NCBI GenBank assembly: GCA_963924565.1 | Contig: OZ004611.1 | Span: forward strand, 21,142,001-21,206,000 | Source of the DNA: Ascidiella aspersa | Lineage: Eukaryota | Length of the DNA: 64,000 bases | Direction of reading: 5' to 3' | Shown: in pieces, positions 59,230 through 64,000 of the stretch | Layout of the letters: each line of letters starts with the position of its first letter | Numbering within the stretch: position 1 is the stretch's first letter | Notes under the pieces: model-generated | What the model was told of the DNA's origin: nothing | Databases searched by the model: none | The model's input: only the letters and a program-made list of their open reading frames with translations | Made by a program: the position numbers and the translations under genes

Positions 59230-61299
59230 TTATGCGATAGAACTTGCATTTGACGCTATCCTTGGCCAGCAATCTGCGCATTCTTTGGCGACGGGTCCAG
59301 TGATTGCAGAGCCTGTGAAGCGTAAGACAACACTATTATCATACTTTAAAACAATAACCTGAAATAAACAAGGGGGCTGAATAAATTAGATATAAAGTTA
59401 AATAGGCATTTTAGAATTATAATTTTTCACTTTTGATAAAAATACCTTTCATTTCGCCTTTGTTATTTACAATCACCCCAGCATTGTCTTCGAAGTACAA
59501 GAATTGCCCATGCTTCCGATGAATCGGCTTTGATTGTCGAATTATTACAGCCGGATGGACTAAACGAAAAATATTTCGTATTATTCCTTTATAAAAACAC
59601 ATATACAACACCAGAAGGTCTCCGGGATGGAATTTTTTAAGTTGTTTTGCTCAGAAACAAGAGAGTATCAACAACTTTGGTTCTGCCCCGAAAGATGGTT
59701 GAAAATGTTTCATCACAGCTTTATTAATAATGCTAAAACTAAGTTTTACGTGGCTGATGTCACTGATGCATTCCAGTGCCTTACCACCAAAGATCTTTGG
59801 CGTGAAATTCTGCCAAAAACCACAACAGTGATGTAATTTTGTGTGAACATCACCAGCATAGTCAATTTACACAGAAAAATTGCCGTTTGTGGTGTATATA
59901 TGGTCCTATTTTAGCGTCTTATTTCAGACAAAATAATTTATGGCAAGAATATTTGGTGGCCACAAGTTATGAAATGCAGTCAGGCCTCAGAGCAGGCTAG
60001 ATGTGTCTAACAGTCTTTTCTTAAATGGAAATCCTTGATTTATAAAACTGATTCAGTTATGTGACCAACCTTTCTTTCGAAGTTCAGGCTTTCCCTTTTT
60101 CACTGTTGCAAGAACGACATCACCAACACTGGCTGCTGGCAAACGATTGAGGCGACCTCTGATGCCCTTTACAGCAATAATGTAAAGGTTCTTGGCACCT
60201 GACAAGCACAAATTCAACAATCAGTCGTAAATTTTGTTATTTTCACTATTCAGTCGTAAATTTTGTTGTAGTCATCACATAATGTATGGGCAAAAGGTTG
60301 CTCAGAAACATGAGAATATCAACAAAATGTTTTCTGCCCCGAAAGATGGTAGAAAATGTTTCATCATTGCAAATCAACAATACACAAAATTAAAACAACT
60401 ATAATAAAAGTTCAGAATTAGTTTCATTTAAAAATAAAGTGCACCAAAAAGTTAACAATCGATGGAGCAGCGATTCGCTTTTTGGGGTGAAGCTGGATCT
60501 GTTAAAAAAAAACACTTGCAAATGCACTTGCTGTATCTTCCACAGTGGCTTGCACTATTAATAAAAAAGGCACTGGTCTAGAATTTCACCACTGCGTTCA
60601 AACAATTATTAAATCAGCGCACAATATTTAGATTAGTGTTTTGGTGGGTAAAGTATTATTGTTATATTTATTCTTACACATTTATCCCTTCCATGTAATT
60701 TCAACTTTGACAAATCTGTTTGTTAGTGTTAAAATAAATGCGGTAGGATTGGATTTTTTGACCCACAATGGTCTCACTAAACAACAAACAATAATTGCCA
60801 TTTTGGGTTAGCATTGGGTTTGGGTAGGTCAAGTATACTTTATTTAATCTTCCATATTTATTTCTTTTGACGCTAACTCTCACCCTAACCCAAATATTGT
60901 GCGTTGGTTTATTAAATCTGGTAGGATTCTAGACCAGCGACCCACATTTTATTATAATTTAACTTACCAGTATTATCAGCGCAGTTAACAACTGCTCCGA
61001 CTGGTAAACTGAGAGTGATTCGGAATTTTCCTCCGACTGCTCCTCCACGTCCTAAAAGATAAAATAAAAACGGTGAAATGTAGCCAAGCGCAAAGCTGTT
61101 TAACACATCTTAACGTAATGACTAGGTTTCAAGAACGGGTTGTTTATCCGCTATGGATAGAGATTATAGGCGCTTTAAATAATTCAAGTTCGACAGGAAG
61201 GTCATATAATCACTTCTGCCAAATCTAATGTTTTACACCGGCATCTAAATAACGATTTTCATGGATTTTTACTTGCAAAAACTAACCTCGCTTCGACAT
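59230..61299 (-). CDS. RPL23: 60S ribosomal protein L23 (uL14), 5 exons
   Basis: Exons 61287-61299 (MSKR), 60968-61051 ([29 protein letters not shown]), 60070-60198 ([30 protein letters not shown]), 59445-59558 ([26 protein letters not shown]), 59230-59312 ([27 protein letters not shown]). Confidence 0.97.
59648..59720 (-). ncRNA. C/D box snoRNA, SNORD2/snR39B-like, in RPL23 intron 3
   Basis: Sense strand TGATGA (C box) ... ACCATCTTTCGGGG CAGA (guide + D') ... CTGA (D box); the guide is antisense to conserved LSU rRNA CCCGAAAGAUGGU. Confidence 0.8.
60298..60372 (-). ncRNA. C/D box snoRNA, SNORD2/snR39B-like paralog, in RPL23 intron 2
   Basis: TTGCAA TGATGA ... ACCATCTTTCGGGGCAGA ... CTGA GCAA with a short terminal stem; boxes and guide are conserved with the intron 3 copy while flanks differ. 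Confidence 0.8.
60570..60940. mobile_element. MITE family A copy in RPL23 intron 2, containing the duplication breakpoint
   Basis: CTGGTCTAGAATTTCACCAC ... TGGTAGGATTCTAGACCAG; only its left part is present at ~56205-56319. Confidence 0.7.
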
Positions 61300-61320
61300 G
61301 TTTACTGGTTGAAAAGAACC
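61300..61320 (-). promoter_or_regulatory. 5' TOP/TCT-like initiator of RPL23
   Basis: Minus strand reads TTCTTTTC AACCAGTAAAC ATG, a pyrimidine start typical of ribosomal protein genes. Confidence 0.6.
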
Positions 61321-61699
61321 AGTCTTCTAAACTAGATTCTGAACACAACATTTCGAGAGGCGCTATTTCATACATTTTTCAACAATGGGTTCGGCTATGT
61401 TAATAAAAGATAAACGAAAACGCTTAAATCTTTAAATATTCTCGAGGTAATAATTGAATAAAAAATATAATTTACTACAAAAACATTTTGTTTAAAATTA
61501 TACGTTCTAAATTCAAACATTAAAATTCAAATTAAAAAATGTATTACCCTCGATGATTTTTCATAAGGCAATGCACTTTTTAGTTGGCCGTAAACGATAC
61601 TTCATTGAAATCATGCTTATGGCGTAATTTATATTAATACCGTTAAGTTAAATTTGATAAACAACAAAAGTTGGTACTGTTTTATTTTGATGAACATGG

Positions 61700-62054
61700 T
61701 GTAGCAGCTTTGGAAAATCGGTCCCAATCCTGTTCGGACCGCCGGTGTGACGTCAACGTACGTCTGCATGTGTCTATGATTTAAACTGCCAGCTTATTGC
61801 TACTGGTGTTTCGTTAACCGTCCAAAATTTCCTGTTTTTCGTTGCGTCGCCGAACCGCATTGTTATAAAATTTAATTAACGCCATGTGGTACAAAGTAGG
61901 CTATTTAAGGGATGGCGGTTTATATGAAAACCATCAGTCTTATGTGCTCTGGTGGAGTCCTCATTGTACGTATCGTAAGTACCTGTCACTGTCAGTACCG
62001 TTTATCGTTTGTTTATTCACAATAAAAATTATTCCATTCTGATTCGGACCCACA
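61700..62054 (+). mobile_element. Solo LTR (4-bp TSD ATGG), related to 2139-2511
   Basis: TGTAGC...CCCACA termini; ATGG at 61696-61699 and 62055-62058; GTAGGCTATTTAAG TATA, ATTGTACGTATCGTAAGTAC and AATAAA as in the first LTR. Confidence 0.75.
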
Positions 62055-62899
62055 ATGGTAATATGTAAACTATTGTGATGACCACATTAATGAACAGTGA
62101 TACACCCATTTGAAATTAGATTGAAGGTGCAAAAACGCAGCCCTTGGGCAACAAACTACTGGCAGATCGGTTTGGAAAAGGAATGAAGAGATGACATATA
62201 GCCTATGTCTTTAGGTTCATGACAAGCCTTGGTTTTCACGAGAAAAATTTATTAAAATACTTCGACGGTAATTCTGAGTTTGTAAACGCTTTGTTTGGGA
62301 AAGTAAATAATTGTTTCAAGGTATTTTTCCGCGTTACCATTTTTTGGTTTTAGCAAATGGCAGTAAACCTAGAGAGCAAAAACACAATTAAAAGCACTTC
62401 CTATAGCATACCAAGTATAATTTTTAAGACTGTTTATCGTAAGTTGCTGAACTTTCAACCAGCGTTGGTTTTTCAAGTATACATCACTGGGGTACAAGCC
62501 ATGTAGTGTTCTTTAAAAGGGTCGTACAAAAATTAGTTACACATTGAATTACAGAATATAAAAGTGTTATAAAGATAAACATAAACAACTAATTACAATC
62601 ATTTCCGTTTCCAACGAAAACGCCCTAATTTTTCTGATGATAACAGAGGTAATCTCGCCAAATCATATTTAAATTTAAACTGGGTGCAGAAAAGCTTTCC
62701 AGACATCATGCGCATCATACGCCAGACCGACGGTGCCAGGCTCGCTGGCTGCTTAAAACGATGGCAAGTTGTACGACTGTAAAAATAAATCCAGTTGGAT
62801 ACCACCTGTTTGTGTAAGCAGGTTCGTAACTCGAATCTTCTATTGCTTTTCAGTATGCACACCTGGGTACAAGCACATGGTCTGTTCTGTAAACCATCA

Positions 62900-63779
62900 C
62901 TCGTCGGAGTCCCGAAAGCAGTTTGTATTTTTAAACCGCATTGACATCAAATTCACAAACTACGACATATTGTTTAGTACCTACGTCAGACGAACGACGA
63001 CGATAGAGTAGAGAGGAAAGGGAGCATTTTGATGATGCAACAGTGACGCAATTCCGCTCGATAAAAACACGATCGATCCGAAAGAAAAATGGGAATTTTT
63101 TTCACGATGTTGAAAAGTAAAAATCGCAGAAGAGAAGTTTCTTTTTTGTACGCACCCAATATATGATTCATAGAAATGTCGCCATTTTAGGAATCGCGAA
63201 ACTTTTACCAGGAATGACGTAACAACAGCAAAACGAGCTGTTGCAAGAAGGGGTGTTAAGGGAGGGTGGGGTGGGTGGGTGGCTAGCGACGTTCGTACGG
63301 ACCTGACACGCAGAGAATAAAATAAAAGCAAAAGTAATTTTTTACAAAAAATAATAAAGAAATACAGAGAGAAATAAAGTGGGGAGAGGGCGGGCGGCGG
63401 TTGGTGACGACGCAGCGCTACTTAAAAAAACACTCACAACCGCAGCCGGGTTGGGGCAAACAAAAAAATACGAAGTTCATTCATAAAACGACGACGAAAA
63501 TTTACAACGACAACAAGTAGTAGTAGTAATAGTGGTTATCGGGTAGTTGAAAGTCTGTTAAGAGGTTGCTTTTTTGTGTGGTAGGGTACTTTTAGTAGCT
63601 GTCTATGTTTTTCAGGTCTTCGCTCGTCGCCACGGCAAGACGATGACGTCACGAAAGTCGTGAATGACGTCAACGGCGATATGCGGCAGTTGGTGCTGTT
63701 TTGGTTGTCGGTCGGTCGGTCGGTCGGTCTGTCTGTGGCCCGGCGAGGAAATATCACTTGCAACTGGATCCGAAGTGGC
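62900..63779 (-). other. Possible terminal exon and 3' UTR of an unidentified minus-strand gene entering from the right
   Basis: Acceptor ttcgcag at 63780-63786; one frame gives (x)HFGSSCK* (stop 63754-63756); downstream composition resembles the GRB 3' UTR; (CCGA)n microsatellite at ~63707-63730. Frame and identity not established. Confidence 0.3.
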
Positions 63780-64000
63780 CTGCGAATTTCAAACGTAAAC
63801 AGAAAATGAGTTTCGATTGTTTCGTCACAGTTAATTGTTACTGCTGGATGTTTTTACAATCCAAAACATACAATTTGCCAATAAATTAGGAATGGGTGTG
63901 TACTGTGTATATGTACTTTATTCTGCTATAACACTATGTTTTGTTTTCCACTATATACCATTGTTCATATCTTTGGATTGGTGATCTAGGGATTTTAAAA

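Larger units (their letters stand above)
51954..60684. repeat. Tandem segmental duplication, unit ~4366 bp (51954-56319 and 56320-60684)
   Basis: ORF pairs recur at offset 4366 (51989/56355, 53418/57784, 55051/59417); the only difference I noticed is A10 vs A9 (~56138 vs ~60504). Confidence 0.97.

Noticed and set aside
60470-60500. SNORA21-like H/ACA snoRNA in RPL23 intron 2
   Set aside because: The short resemblance is on the strand opposite to RPL23, I found no H/ACA two-hairpin layout, and neighbouring sequence looks repeat-derived.
1-64000. CRISPR arrays, rRNA genes or autonomous transposon ORFs
   Set aside because: None seen; the sequence is eukaryotic and all mobile elements found are non-autonomous.

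Overview
Eukaryotic, intron-rich, AT-rich genomic DNA from an invertebrate chordate, most likely an ascidian. That assignment is an inference from ~60-nt minimum introns, chordate-like proteins, a single GRB7/10/14-type gene and mosaic CpG-poor/CpG-rich domains. Left to right: NIFK (-), RNF181 (+), a GRB7/10/14 adaptor (-), DDX11 (-, ~25 kb, ~20 exons), MTX2 (+) and RPL23 (-). A near-perfect 4.37-kb tandem duplication (51954-56319 / 56320-60684) gives two full MTX2 copies, a truncated DDX11 exon 1 and an extra RPL23 exon 3-5 block. RPL23 introns host SNORD2/snR39B-like C/D snoRNAs. The most striking unexplained element is a 5-exon, 228-aa signal-peptide/TM gene that I cannot assign to a family, nested antisense in a DDX11 intron. 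It lies downstream of a perfect RFX X-box plus a CRE-like site, and two more X-box+CRE modules occur in other DDX11 introns. This suggests a hidden set of ciliary/sperm-type transcription units inside a housekeeping helicase gene. Also present: two solo LTRs with 4-bp TSDs, hAT-type and other MITEs, a tRNA-derived SINE, a perfect 37-bp-arm hairpin and many short tandem duplications. Exons were assembled by eye, so internal boundaries may be off by a few bases.
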